From: Acidobacteriia bacterium AH_259_A11_L15
GTDB lineage: Bacteria; Acidobacteriota; Terriglobia; Acidiferrales; 2-02-FULL-67-57
Direction: 5' to 3'
DNA length: 64,000 nucleotides
Assembly (NCBI GenBank): GCA_027717655.1
Contig: JALLOH010000002.1
Span: 3,474 to 67,473, forward strand
The notes under the pieces were generated by a model. The model searched no databases. It saw nothing but the letters and a program-made list of their open reading frames with translations, and had not been told where the DNA came from. Positions 29,237 to 38,425 of this stretch are shown here, piece after piece. Position numbers and translations under genes: made by a program. Every line of letters starts with the position of its first letter. Positions within the stretch are counted from its first letter, which is position 1.

Positions 29237-30034
29237 ACGGGGGTTGAACTCACCATCCTGGGCAGCGGTTCGGCGGGCAACCTGGCGTTTCTCTCCACCG
29301 AGCGCACCCGCCTGCTGATCGACGCCGGCCTCTCCAAGCGGGAAACCCTGAAGCGGATGGAAACCGCCGGACTGCGCCCCAACGGGCTGGCCGGCATCGT
29401 CGTCTCCCACGAGCACAACGACCACGCGGCTCACCTGGGGGCGCTGGCCGAGGAGTTCAACGCCCCGGTCTACTTGGCCGAGGGCACCCGCGAGGCCCTG
29501 CCGGAGGCGCGAGTGCTGCCGCGGGTGGAACGCTTCCGGCCCGGGCACCGCTTCGTGGTGGGCGACATCGAGATGGTTCCCTTCGCCGTCCCCCACGACG
29601 CCAACGAGCCCGTGGCCTTCCGCGTCGAAACCCAGGGCGTCAAACTCGTCCTGGCGGTCGACCTGGGCTTCCTGACCGGCCTGGTCAAGCAGCAGTTGCG
29701 CGGCTGCGACTGCTTGATCCTGGAGGCCAACCACGACACCGAGATGCTCCGCCGCGGCCCCTATCCCTGGTTCATCAAGCAGCGCGTAATGAGCCGCCTG
29801 GGACACCTCTCGAACGAAGCCGTGGCCGACTTCCTGGAGTGCGACTTCGACGGCTCGGCTGCCTATCTGGTGCTCGCCCACCTGAGCCAGAACAACAACT
29901 CGCCCGAGATTGCCCGCCTGGCCGCCGAGCAGGCCCTCGAGCGTCGCCGGGCGCGCTTCCCGCTCTCGCTGGTGCGCGACCCCGAGATTCGCGTGGCCCC
30001 TCGCCGCGCCCCTCTGGCTCCGCTGCGCTTCTAA
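29237..30034 (+). CDS. MBL-fold hydrolase, YycJ/WalJ-like (start uncertain)
   Basis: LGSGSAGN, SHEHNDH, PHDA.EP, LEANHD, GHLSN, LAHLS. Confidence 0.9.
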   Translation, partial: TGVELTILGSGSAGNLAFLSTERTRLLIDAGLSKRETLKRMETAGLRPNGLAGIVVSHEHNDHAAHLGALAEEFNAPVYLAEGTREALPEARVLPRVERFRPGHRFVVGDIEMVPFAVPHDANEPVAFRVETQGVKLVLAVDLGFLTGLVKQQLRGCDCLILEANHDTEMLRRGPYPWFIKQRVMSRLGHLSNEAVADFLECDFDGSAAYLVLAHLSQNNNSPEIARLAAEQALERRRARFPLSLVRDPEIRVAPRRAPLAPLRF

Positions 30035-30051
30035 GGAACAAACTTGTGGTC

Positions 30052-31434
30052 ATGCGTAAGCGGCATTCGTACTTGTTCCTCCCGCCGCTAGCGGTATTTT
30101 GTCTTTTTTCGTTCGTGGCGGCGGAGGAACCGTGGCAGCAGTGGGACTGGGGTGCCGCGAGTTCCGTCCAAACCCTCTATCATCCAGCCTGGCGAATCGA
30201 GGTCCAAGAAAACAAAGTCCGCTTCTTGGCTCACCAGTTCACTTACACGTACGAATCCCGAACTGACCATTGGGTTGTGACCGCTGAAGAGAACGAATGG
30301 GAACAACGTAGGACGTGGGAACAGGAACCGGGCAAGCCAGTAAGGTACATTCAGCGCATGCTAACCACAAGAGGTTCTTTGGAAGCTGAAACTCAAGGGT
30401 CGGACCGGGAACAAGGGCAACTGGAGTTGCGCTGGAGCGGCTCTTCGCAGCCATTTGCCCGGCTGCGCCTGTGGACACGCGAACAGCTGGGTCAAATTTG
30501 GTTCGAACGTGAGCAAAGGCAGCACCCGCCGCCCGCATCCCCCGAGACCCTAGCGGAAAAGATCTGTATGTCTTGGGCCGAAGTGGCCGACTGGGATGAA
30601 GATGAACAAAAGATCTGGCTTGCGATCCGTTTCTATGAAGGAGAAGGTTGCGCTGGGATAGGAACCATTCTGGAGATCGACAAGGACTCCAACGACGTGC
30701 GCGTGCATCAACCTGCGCCTTTGAATTTGGTCTCGATTGCCCACATCCTCGCCATAGAATCAGAGTTATGGTTGGCCACAGAGCGATTCGGCGAAGGTGG
30801 GACAGGCCCCGGAATCGGGCTCGTACGATACAACCCAAGAACAGGCAACCTCCAATCAGTACCCAAGATGACTTCTCAGATTATGGATATGGCGCATGGT
30901 GACGGACTCCTTTGGGTTGCCACCGAAGAAGGCGTCGCCGCTTGCGACCTCGAGAATGAGACGTGGCGCAAGTGGCGATTCATTCCTCGTGTGGCTGTTG
31001 CCGAGCTGGTGCCGGTTGCGAATCGCCCGGGCAGCGAACCGAGAGGGCAGCTTCCCGCTGGGGACTATGAAGTCCGGTGGGTGGGGGAAGGTTTCCTAGA
31101 GCTTCTGACGCCGGACTGCGCCGAGGGCTACGTAGACTCATCCAGTCTCGAACGCCTCGCAAAGCGTGGTTTTTGCACCAGTCCGAGTCTGTTGGCTTCG
31201 AGCCCAAAATGGGGCAACCCGCCAAGCCTCTTGGTTTTCTCATCTCCGCGGACGGACCCCAAAGAGCAAAAACCCTCAGCCTGGTTCTTGAGAGTGCCGG
31301 CCGTCCCGAAGGGAAAGGAAAATGGCAGTTGGCAGGCCGTGGAAGTGTGCGCGGGCTGGGTGGAACTCCAGCCTGACCGAGTCTACATAAGTATCGAGGA
31401 GGAAGCGACCGGGGAGGGCAGTAATCATACCTAG
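30052..31434 (+). CDS. Secreted hypothetical protein, possible beta-propeller segment
   Basis: Signal peptide; repeated IWLA/LWLAT/LWVAT strands; lower GC than flanks. Confidence 0.7.
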   Translation: MRKRHSYLFLPPLAVFCLFSFVAAEEPWQQWDWGAASSVQTLYHPAWRIEVQENKVRFLAHQFTYTYESRTDHWVVTAEENEWEQRRTWEQEPGKPVRYIQRMLTTRGSLEAETQGSDREQGQLELRWSGSSQPFARLRLWTREQLGQIWFEREQRQHPPPASPETLAEKICMSWAEVADWDEDEQKIWLAIRFYEGEGCAGIGTILEIDKDSNDVRVHQPAPLNLVSIAHILAIESELWLATERFGEGGTGPGIGLVRYNPRTGNLQSVPKMTSQIMDMAHGDGLLWVATEEGVAACDLENETWRKWRFIPRVAVAELVPVANRPGSEPRGQLPAGDYEVRWVGEGFLELLTPDCAEGYVDSSSLERLAKRGFCTSPSLLASSPKWGNPPSLLVFSSPRTDPKEQKPSAWFLRVPAVPKGKENGSWQAVEVCAGWVELQPDRVYISIEEEATGEGSNHT

Positions 31435-31469
31435 CTTGCATCGGGACGCTCAAAAGAGTAAAAAACCCC

Positions 31470-32732
31470 GTGTCCTCCCGCTGTTTACATACGCTGGGAG
31501 TGGTAGCGCTGCTGGCGGCGGGCCTGCTTTCCCCCGCCACGGCAGCGCGGCCCGCGGGCCCGCAAGCCATGCTGCGGGCGGTGACGGCGCCGGCGATTTC
31601 CGCCGAAAGCGAAGAAAAACTCCACGCGGCGTTCGAGCACCTCTACAACCTGGAGTTCACCCAGGCCCGCACCCTGTTCGAACAAATCGCCCAGGCCGAG
31701 CCGGCCAGCGCCACCGTGCGGGCCTTCTGGGCCTCGGCCATCCTCTACGAAATGCTCGCCCAACAGGGCAGTCTGCAGGCGCAACTCTTCGTCAGCAAAG
31801 ATTTCCTGAAACACGAGCGCCTGCCGCCCGACCCGAAACTCGACCGCGAGTTCCATCGCCTCACCGAGGAAGCCGTACGCCTCGCCCGCCGGCGGCTGGA
31901 GGCCGATGAGCAGGACGTGGATGGCCTGTTCGCGCTCGGACTTGCCTACGGCAACCAGGCCAACTACCTGGTCGGAGTCAATGAGGAGTACTTCCGCGGG
32001 CTGCGCCTGGGGGAAAAGGCAGCCGACTACCACGAGAAACTCCGGAAGGTCCGTCCGGAGATCAACGACAGCAGCGTGGTCCTCGGCATCCACGACTACA
32101 TCCTGGGCAACCTGCGCCTCACCCAGCGCTTGCTGCTCTTCTTCCTCGGCGCCCACGGCGACCGCGAGCGCGGCCTCGAGTACCTGCGGGAAGCCGCCGC
32201 CCACGGGGAGTTCCTGCGCCCGTACGCCCGCACGCTGCTGGTGGTGACGAACATGCGGGAAGGAAACCTGGAGCGCGCCGCCAACTTGGCCGCCGGGCTG
32301 CGGGCCAAGTATCCGCGCAACCCCATCTTTGCCCTGGAATTGGCCAGGCTCTACCGTCGGCTCGAACAGCACGCCGAAGCCACCCGGGTTTGCCAGTCCC
32401 TGCTGGCGGAGCTCATCGCCCACCCGCACAATCCGCGGATCGTCGGGCTGGAAGACGCCCTGCTGGAGCTGGGCCTAATCGAGGCCGCTCAGGGACAATG
32501 GGAGCGGGCCTTGCAATCCCTGGCGCAGATAGGCAACCTCCCCGAGGTGGATAGACACACTTGGGCTCGGGCCCTGCTGGAGCGCGGCAAGATCTACGAC
32601 CTGTTGGGCGAACGGCAAAAAGCTCTGGCTGAATACGACAAGGTGATCGACCTGGCCGTCGACATCCAGTTCACGCGCCCGGCGCTCAACTACCGCGAGC
32701 GCTCCTACCAGGTCGAAAAAGAGAAAGAGTAA
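31470..32732 (+). CDS. Secreted tetratricopeptide-repeat protein
   Basis: Signal peptide; TPR-like helices (YPRNP, ALLERGKIYDLLGERQKALAEY). Confidence 0.82.
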   Translation: MSSRCLHTLGVVALLAAGLLSPATAARPAGPQAMLRAVTAPAISAESEEKLHAAFEHLYNLEFTQARTLFEQIAQAEPASATVRAFWASAILYEMLAQQGSLQAQLFVSKDFLKHERLPPDPKLDREFHRLTEEAVRLARRRLEADEQDVDGLFALGLAYGNQANYLVGVNEEYFRGLRLGEKAADYHEKLRKVRPEINDSSVVLGIHDYILGNLRLTQRLLLFFLGAHGDRERGLEYLREAAAHGEFLRPYARTLLVVTNMREGNLERAANLAAGLRAKYPRNPIFALELARLYRRLEQHAEATRVCQSLLAELIAHPHNPRIVGLEDALLELGLIEAAQGQWERALQSLAQIGNLPEVDRHTWARALLERGKIYDLLGERQKALAEYDKVIDLAVDIQFTRPALNYRERSYQVEKEKE

Positions 32733-32885
32733 CCAGGCTTTAGACCTGAGGCAGTCCGCTTCATCATCACCTGGCAGAACTCCCTCCGGAAAGGCTTTCC
32801 TTCGATCTCCCGGACGTCGTACCGCTCTTGCGGTACGCACCCAGCTCGAGGTACCGCCCCAGGGTCCTCAACACTCTAGCGGGAC

Positions 32886-33926
32886 CTACCGGGCGTTGGT
32901 CAGCCAATCGGGACTCGCCGCGGCATGCTCTTCAAGCTCGCGGAGCTGGCGAAGAAGGAGCCCGGCCCGCTGGTAGACGTGCGCCGGCAGCTTCAGGCCG
33001 GCCTCATACGACGCAGCCGGCGCTTGGCTGTCCGCGATCCGGGCGTGGAGATACGCCAGTTCGGAAACAATGAGGATGGCCATGTCGTAGACATCGCTTG
33101 GCTTGATCTGCGCAGCGCCGCCAACGGTCGCCTCCAAATCGACCATCTCAAGTTTCAGCGCTTGAACCCCGGAACGCTCGGCCAGCGCCTGAATTCGTGC
33201 GTAGCACTCGACGAGACGATTGTAGACATCCACCGGTCGCTTTCCACGTTCGAAGGCGGGGGCGGCCGGCATTGGGGTGGCGTCTGGAAATTGTTTAAGC
33301 AGGCGGGCCGCAAAATAGGTAGCCACGGTGACTTGGTGGAACACGTCGCCGCTCGAAGGCGGCAGCTTGAGCAACAAAGTAAGCTGCCGGTTGGCTTCGA
33401 GGATGGCGTGGAACACGTCAGTAGGCGTTGTGGAAGCGTCCTGCAGCTTTTCTTCGATGGGCTCAGTGATCCCTAGTTGTTCCTTCAGCGCCAGAAGGTG
33501 CTGGTAGGCACCATCCACCACCAGCCACACGTGGTACGGTCGGATCTCCTCCGGTGGTCTTGGTAGCCGTATTACTAGTTGGGGCCCCGGGTCCCCTGTC
33601 ATTTCGAAACCCAACTGGTTCATTTTCCGAAAGAGCGTAATTGCCTGGAAGATGACCTCGCGCGGGGAGGCGTCGCTCACAGCCATCTCGATCGGTTGCA
33701 CTTTCGGCTGGCCCATCTCGAACCGGATCAGCTCGAGGTCGTTCCGAAGCAGCTCAACCCGGGCCAGGACATCCGCCGGAATGATTCCCTCCGCCGAGAG
33801 GGGTCGCCCACTCACCGGAGCCAGCGGGCCGCTACCAGCCTGCGCGTAGCTTGTGGAAGGAAGTGTGATCAACATGCCCACCAGTAGCAGAAGAGACCCG
33901 CCGATCTTTTCTGAGCCCTGCATCAC
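32886..33926 (-). CDS. Secreted helical repeat protein, unknown function
   Basis: CAGGAGG RBS, signal peptide, recurring P-x-[DEH]-V motif. Confidence 0.78.
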   Translation of the reverse strand: MMQGSEKIGGSLLLLVGMLITLPSTSYAQAGSGPLAPVSGRPLSAEGIIPADVLARVELLRNDLELIRFEMGQPKVQPIEMAVSDASPREVIFQAITLFRKMNQLGFEMTGDPGPQLVIRLPRPPEEIRPYHVWLVVDGAYQHLLALKEQLGITEPIEEKLQDASTTPTDVFHAILEANRQLTLLLKLPPSSGDVFHQVTVATYFAARLLKQFPDATPMPAAPAFERGKRPVDVYNRLVECYARIQALAERSGVQALKLEMVDLEATVGGAAQIKPSDVYDMAILIVSELAYLHARIADSQAPAASYEAGLKLPAHVYQRAGLLLRQLRELEEHAAASPDWLTNAR

Positions 33927-34120
33927 ACACCTCCTGCGGTAGCTAGCCGCTCGCCAATGAGGACATTTTCAAGCTATAGAATGCATGCCTGCAAGTCAAT
34001 TCCTGATTCATAAAACCTCCTGCTCAGGCCGAAGAGTTTGCCGTGCGGGGTTTTGTCCGGGGAGGCGAAATCAAGTATGATGGCGCCGGTCGGCCCGACT
34101 ATGCGAAGGACGCTCCCGCG

Positions 34121-35428
34121 ATGATTGCCCGCTACACCCGCCCGGCCATGGACCGCCTGTGGACGGAGGAGAACAAGCTCGCGAAGTGGCTGGAAGTCGA
34201 ACTGGCCGCCTGCGAGGCCCTGGCCGAGTGCGGCCAGCTTCCCGCCGAGGCCGCCCGGCGGTTGCGCGCGCACGCCCGTCCGCCCCGCCCCGAGCGCGTC
34301 GCCGAAATCGAGCAAGAAGTCCGCCACGACGTCATCGCCTTCACCCTGGCCGTGGTCGAGCAACTCCCCGCGGAAGCCCGCGACGCCGGGCGCTACTTCC
34401 ACTACGGGCTCACCAGCTACGACGTCGTCGACTCCGCTCTAGCTCTGCTCCTGCGCGAAGCCAACGCTCTGTTGCGCCAAGACCTCGAGCGCCTGGCCGG
34501 TGTCCTCAAAAAGCGCGCCTACGAGTTCAAGCACACCCCCATGGTGGGCCGCACCCACGGCGTCCACGCCGAGCCCACTACCTTCGGCCTGAAGCTTGCT
34601 AATTGGTACAGCGAAACTCAGCGCCATGCCGAGCGTTTGGCGCGCGCCGCCGAGGAAGTCCGCGTGGGCCGCCTCGCCGGCGCCGTGGGCACCTACGCGC
34701 ACGGCTCCCCCGACATCGAGCGGCGCATCTGCCAGCGCCTCGACCTCCAGCCCGCCGCCGTCAGCTCCCAGGTCATCCAGCGCGACCGCCACGCCTACTA
34801 CCTCTCCACCCTGGCGGTCCTCGCCGCCTCCCTGGAAAAAATCGCCCTCGAGATCCGCCACCTGCAGCGCACCGAAGTCCGCGAAGTCGAGGAACACTTC
34901 GGCGCCGGCCAACGCGGCAGCTCTTCGATGCCCCATAAGCGCAACCCCATCCTGGCCGAGCAGCTCTGCGGGCTGGCCCGCCTGGTGCGCGCCCATGCCC
35001 AGGCGGCGCTCGAAAACGTGCCGCTCTGGCACGAGCGCGACATCTCCCACAGCTCGGTCGAGCGCGTCATCCTCCCCGATTCCACCACCCTCGTCGACTA
35101 CATGCTCGACAAAACCGCCACGCTCATCGAGCAGCTCCGCGTCTTCCCCCAGCGGATGAAGAAAAATCTGGAGCTCACTCGCGGGCTGGTCTTTTCCGAA
35201 GCGCTGTTGCTCGAGCTGGTCAAGAAGGGTGCGCCCCGCGAGGAGGCCTACGCCTGGGTGCAGGCCGCCGCAGCGAAAGCGTGGGAAGCCGACCGGGACT
35301 TCCAGCAGGCGGTGCGGGCCGACAAGCGCATCACGGGAAAATTATCACGGGGCGAGATTGAGGGCGTCTTCGACCTCCGCCACGCCCTTCGCCACGTCGA
35401 CGCCATCTTCCACCGCGTCTTCGGCTAA
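34121..35428 (+). CDS. purB: Adenylosuccinate lyase
   Basis: RHDVIAF, HYGLTSYD, GRTHGVHAEPTTFG, GSSSMPHKRNP. Confidence 0.98.
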   Translation: MIARYTRPAMDRLWTEENKLAKWLEVELAACEALAECGQLPAEAARRLRAHARPPRPERVAEIEQEVRHDVIAFTLAVVEQLPAEARDAGRYFHYGLTSYDVVDSALALLLREANALLRQDLERLAGVLKKRAYEFKHTPMVGRTHGVHAEPTTFGLKLANWYSETQRHAERLARAAEEVRVGRLAGAVGTYAHGSPDIERRICQRLDLQPAAVSSQVIQRDRHAYYLSTLAVLAASLEKIALEIRHLQRTEVREVEEHFGAGQRGSSSMPHKRNPILAEQLCGLARLVRAHAQAALENVPLWHERDISHSSVERVILPDSTTLVDYMLDKTATLIEQLRVFPQRMKKNLELTRGLVFSEALLLELVKKGAPREEAYAWVQAAAAKAWEADRDFQQAVRADKRITGKLSRGEIEGVFDLRHALRHVDAIFHRVFG

Positions 35429-35483
35429 TTCCCAGCCTGTCATTCTGAGCCCCGAATTATTCGGGGCGAAGAATCTGCTTTTC

Positions 35484-35801
35484 CTACTGCGGCTTCACCT
35501 GCATCTCGGGGTTGATCAGCCGCTCCACCGGCTGCCCGCCCACGATGTGCTTTTCGATGATTTCCGCGACGTCTTGCGGCTTCACCGTCCGGTACCAGAG
35601 CCCGTCGGGGTGGACGATCACCGTCGGGCCGGTGGGGTGCTGCCCCGTACAGCCCACCTTGGTCACGAGGATGTCCGACAGGCCGCGCGCCTTCACTTCC
35701 TCGCGGAACTTCCGCAGGACTTCCAGCCCGCCCTTGGGCGCGCACCGGCCCTCCCCCTCCGTGGTGCAAACGAACACCTGCTTGCGAAACACTTTGCCCA
35801 T
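35484..35801 (-). CDS. Thioredoxin-like [2Fe-2S] ferredoxin
   Basis: VFVC...C...GCTGQH..GP.VIVHPDGLWY..V...DV.EII..H. Confidence 0.88.
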   Translation of the reverse strand: MGKVFRKQVFVCTTEGEGRCAPKGGLEVLRKFREEVKARGLSDILVTKVGCTGQHPTGPTVIVHPDGLWYRTVKPQDVAEIIEKHIVGGQPVERLINPEMQVKPQ

Positions 35802-36046
35802 GACTTGGTCGTTTCCTCCTCTTGTTTCTTCCTATCTATGCTAGCGAAAAGCTTGTTGCCCCGGCCAAGTGCCCGGCGACCCGCGACGAGTAAAGACCTC
35901 AGGGGCTAAAGCCCCCTGAAAGGGTTGCCGCGATCGGCAGGGCTGAAGCCCTGCCCTACCGACAATAAATCTGTGTGTATCTGTGCCTGCCCTGCTTGCT
36001 CCGAGCATCGCCGAGGAGAGCGAAGCCGAAGGGTGCATCTGTGGTT

Positions 36047-36793
36047 TCACAAGCGGTTGATGACACTGGCCAGGCAGCCGGCCCCAAATCCATTATCGAT
36101 GTTCACCACCGCCACGTTCGACGCGCAGGAGTTCAGCATCCCCAGCAGTGCGGTCAAGCCGGAAAAACTCGTGCCATAGCCGACGCTGGTGGGCACGGCG
36201 ATCACCGGCACCGGCACCAGCCCGCCCACCACGCTGGGCAGCGCCCCTTCCATCCCAGCCACGCAAATGATGACCCGGGCTTCCGCCAATTTCCGCTGGT
36301 GGCGCATCAGCCGGTGCAACCCGGCCACGCCCACGTCGTAGATGGCTTCGACGCGGTTGCCCAGCATCTCGCCGGTCACCAGGGCTTCCTCGGCCACCGG
36401 GATGTCCGAGGTGCCCGCCGAGATAACCAGGATCAATCCCTTGCCCAGAATTTTGCTGCTCTTCTTGATGCTGATCACGCCCGAGAGCTCGTGGAAGCGG
36501 GCCCGGCGGGCTACGCGCTTGACCCGCTGGTAGAGCTTGCGGTCGGCCCGGGTGATTAGAATGTTGTGCTGGTTGCGGTTCATCCGCCGGACGATCTGCG
36601 CCACCTGCTCGGGGCGCTTGCCCGGAGCGTAGATGACTTCGGCGTAGCCCTGGCGGAGGGAGCGGTGGTGGTCAATCTTGGCGTACCCCAGGTCCTCGAA
36701 CGGCAACCGGCGCAGGCGTTCGACCGCCGCCAGCGGCTTCAACTTCCCCCGCCGCACCGCCTCCAGCAATTTCCGAATCTCGCTCTCAGTCAT
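36047..36793 (-). CDS. larB: Nickel-pincer cofactor biosynthesis protein LarB
   Basis: AKIDHHR, AGTSDIPVAEEA, DVGVAGLHRL, AGMEGALPS, PTSVGYG, VNIDNGFGA. Confidence 0.93.
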   Translation of the reverse strand: MTESEIRKLLEAVRRGKLKPLAAVERLRRLPFEDLGYAKIDHHRSLRQGYAEVIYAPGKRPEQVAQIVRRMNRNQHNILITRADRKLYQRVKRVARRARFHELSGVISIKKSSKILGKGLILVISAGTSDIPVAEEALVTGEMLGNRVEAIYDVGVAGLHRLMRHQRKLAEARVIICVAGMEGALPSVVGGLVPVPVIAVPTSVGYGTSFSGLTALLGMLNSCASNVAVVNIDNGFGAGCLASVINRL

Positions 36794-36845
36794 TGCACCC
36801 GTCTTGGTGGGAAACCCTCATTCTACACCAATGGCCGGCGATTCC

Positions 36846-36875
36846 TTGACTTGGCCGGAAGCCGCGCCCTAGACT
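36846..36875 (+). promoter_or_regulatory. Putative sigma70 promoter of ubiX-ubiA-mqnE
   Basis: TTGACT-18 nt-TAGACT. Confidence 0.45.
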
Positions 36876-36887
36876 CGGTTGTTTCCC

Positions 36888-37496
36888 ATGCCGGGCAAGA
36901 CCATCGTTGTGGGCATCAGCGGCGCCTCGGGGGCCGTGTATGCCAGGCGGCTGCTCCAGTTGCTGGCCGCTGACAAGCGGGTCGCGCACGTTCCCGTCGT
37001 GGTTTCCAGCGGCGGGATGCGCTTGCTCAAGGAAGAACTGAACATCGCGCCTAAAAAACTGGCGCAGTTGCCGGCGGCGCTGGTGGGCAAGGCGGCGGCC
37101 AAGAAGTTCGATTACCTGCACAACGCCGACATCGGAGCGTCGCTCGCCAGCGGCAGCTACCCCACCGACGGCATGGTCATCCTCCCCTGCTCGATGGCGA
37201 CCCTAGGGGCCATCGCCAGCGGGGTCACCGACAACCTGATGCGCCGGGCCGCCGACGTCCACCTGAAGGAAGGCCGGATGCTCGTGCTCTGCTGGCGGGA
37301 CTCGCCGCTGAACACGATTCACCTGGAAAACATGCTCCGAGTGGCGCGCGCCGGGGCGGTCAACTTCCCCATTTCGCCGGGGTATTACTTCGGAGCGCAG
37401 AAGCTGGACGAGCTGGTCACGCAGTTCTGCTGCCGGCTGCTGGCCCGCCTGGGCCTGCCCCAGGAAAAGCAGTTCCAGTGGAAAGGCCGGAAGTGA
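36888..37496 (+). CDS. ubiX: Flavin prenyltransferase
   Basis: VGISGASG, LASGS, PCSMATL, RAADVHLKE, HLENM. Confidence 0.93.
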   Translation: MPGKTIVVGISGASGAVYARRLLQLLAADKRVAHVPVVVSSGGMRLLKEELNIAPKKLAQLPAALVGKAAAKKFDYLHNADIGASLASGSYPTDGMVILPCSMATLGAIASGVTDNLMRRAADVHLKEGRMLVLCWRDSPLNTIHLENMLRVARAGAVNFPISPGYYFGAQKLDELVTQFCCRLLARLGLPQEKQFQWKGRK

Positions 37497-38425
37497 TGAA
37501 TACACCAGCGAAAATAGAAAATGGAAAACAGAAAACAGGCTCCGCTCCCTCCTCTTTTCCATTTTCTATTTTCCCTTTTCGCCCTTTGCTTTTAGCGTTG
37601 CGGATGATCAAGTTCGAGCACTCGGTGTTTGCTTTGCCGTTCGCTTTTCTGGGGGCGCTGCTGGCAGCGGAGGGCTGGCCCACCGGCCGCCAAATTTTCT
37701 GGATCATCGTGGCCATGGTGGGAGGGCGCAGCGCCGCCATGGCCTTCAATCGTATCGCCGACCTGCGCTACGACCGCCAGAACCCCCGCACGGCGAACCG
37801 CGAGCTACCCACCGGCAAGCTCTCGCTCCCTTTTGCTTGGACGTTTTCGATTGTTTCCGCCGCGGTGCTGGTCTTTGCCGCCTGGCAGTTGAACCCGTTG
37901 GCCCTGAAGCTCTCGCCCGCGGTGCTGGCGATTCTCTTCCTCTACTCCTACACCAAGCGCTTCACCACACTGACCCACTGGGTGCTGGGGTTGTGCCTGG
38001 GGATGGCGCCGGCAGGCGCCTGGGTGGCGGTGCGCGGCACGCTCGATTGGGAAATCGTGCCGCTCACGCTGGCGGTACTATTCTGGGTGGCGGGCTTCGA
38101 CATCATCTACGCCTGCCAAGACGTCGAGTTCGACCGGAAGGCGGGCCTCTACTCGCTCCCCAAGCGCATCGGCATAGCGAGGGCACTCTGGGTGTCGCGT
38201 ACGTTGCACGTGCTGATGCTGGCGCTGCTCTTCTGGCTGGGGCGCGACACCGGATTAGGCGCGCTGGGGTTCACCGGCCTGGCGGTGGTGGCCGGCCTGT
38301 TGGCTTACGAGCACTCGCTGGTCAAGCCGAATGACCTGAGCAAAGTGAATGCTGCATTCTTCACCGTGAACGGCTATATTAGTGTTTTGCTGCTGCTTTT
38401 CTGGGGCGCGGATATCCTGACGTGA
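37493..38425 (+). CDS. UbiA-family prenyltransferase (menaquinone futalosine pathway, MqnP-like)
   Basis: IKFEHSVFALPFA, AMAFNRIAD..YD..NPRT, YSYTKRFT, FDIIYACQD. Confidence 0.92.
   Translation: MMNTPAKIENGKQKTGSAPSSFPFSIFPFRPLLLALRMIKFEHSVFALPFAFLGALLAAEGWPTGRQIFWIIVAMVGGRSAAMAFNRIADLRYDRQNPRTANRELPTGKLSLPFAWTFSIVSAAVLVFAAWQLNPLALKLSPAVLAILFLYSYTKRFTTLTHWVLGLCLGMAPAGAWVAVRGTLDWEIVPLTLAVLFWVAGFDIIYACQDVEFDRKAGLYSLPKRIGIARALWVSRTLHVLMLALLFWLGRDTGLGALGFTGLAVVAGLLAYEHSLVKPNDLSKVNAAFFTVNGYISVLLLLFWGADILT
37510..37573. repeat. Perfect 19-bp inverted repeat of heptamer units in the ubiA 5' region
   Basis: GAAAATAGAAAATGGAAAA (37510-37528) / TTTTCCATTTTCTATTTTC (37555-37573). Confidence 0.85.
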
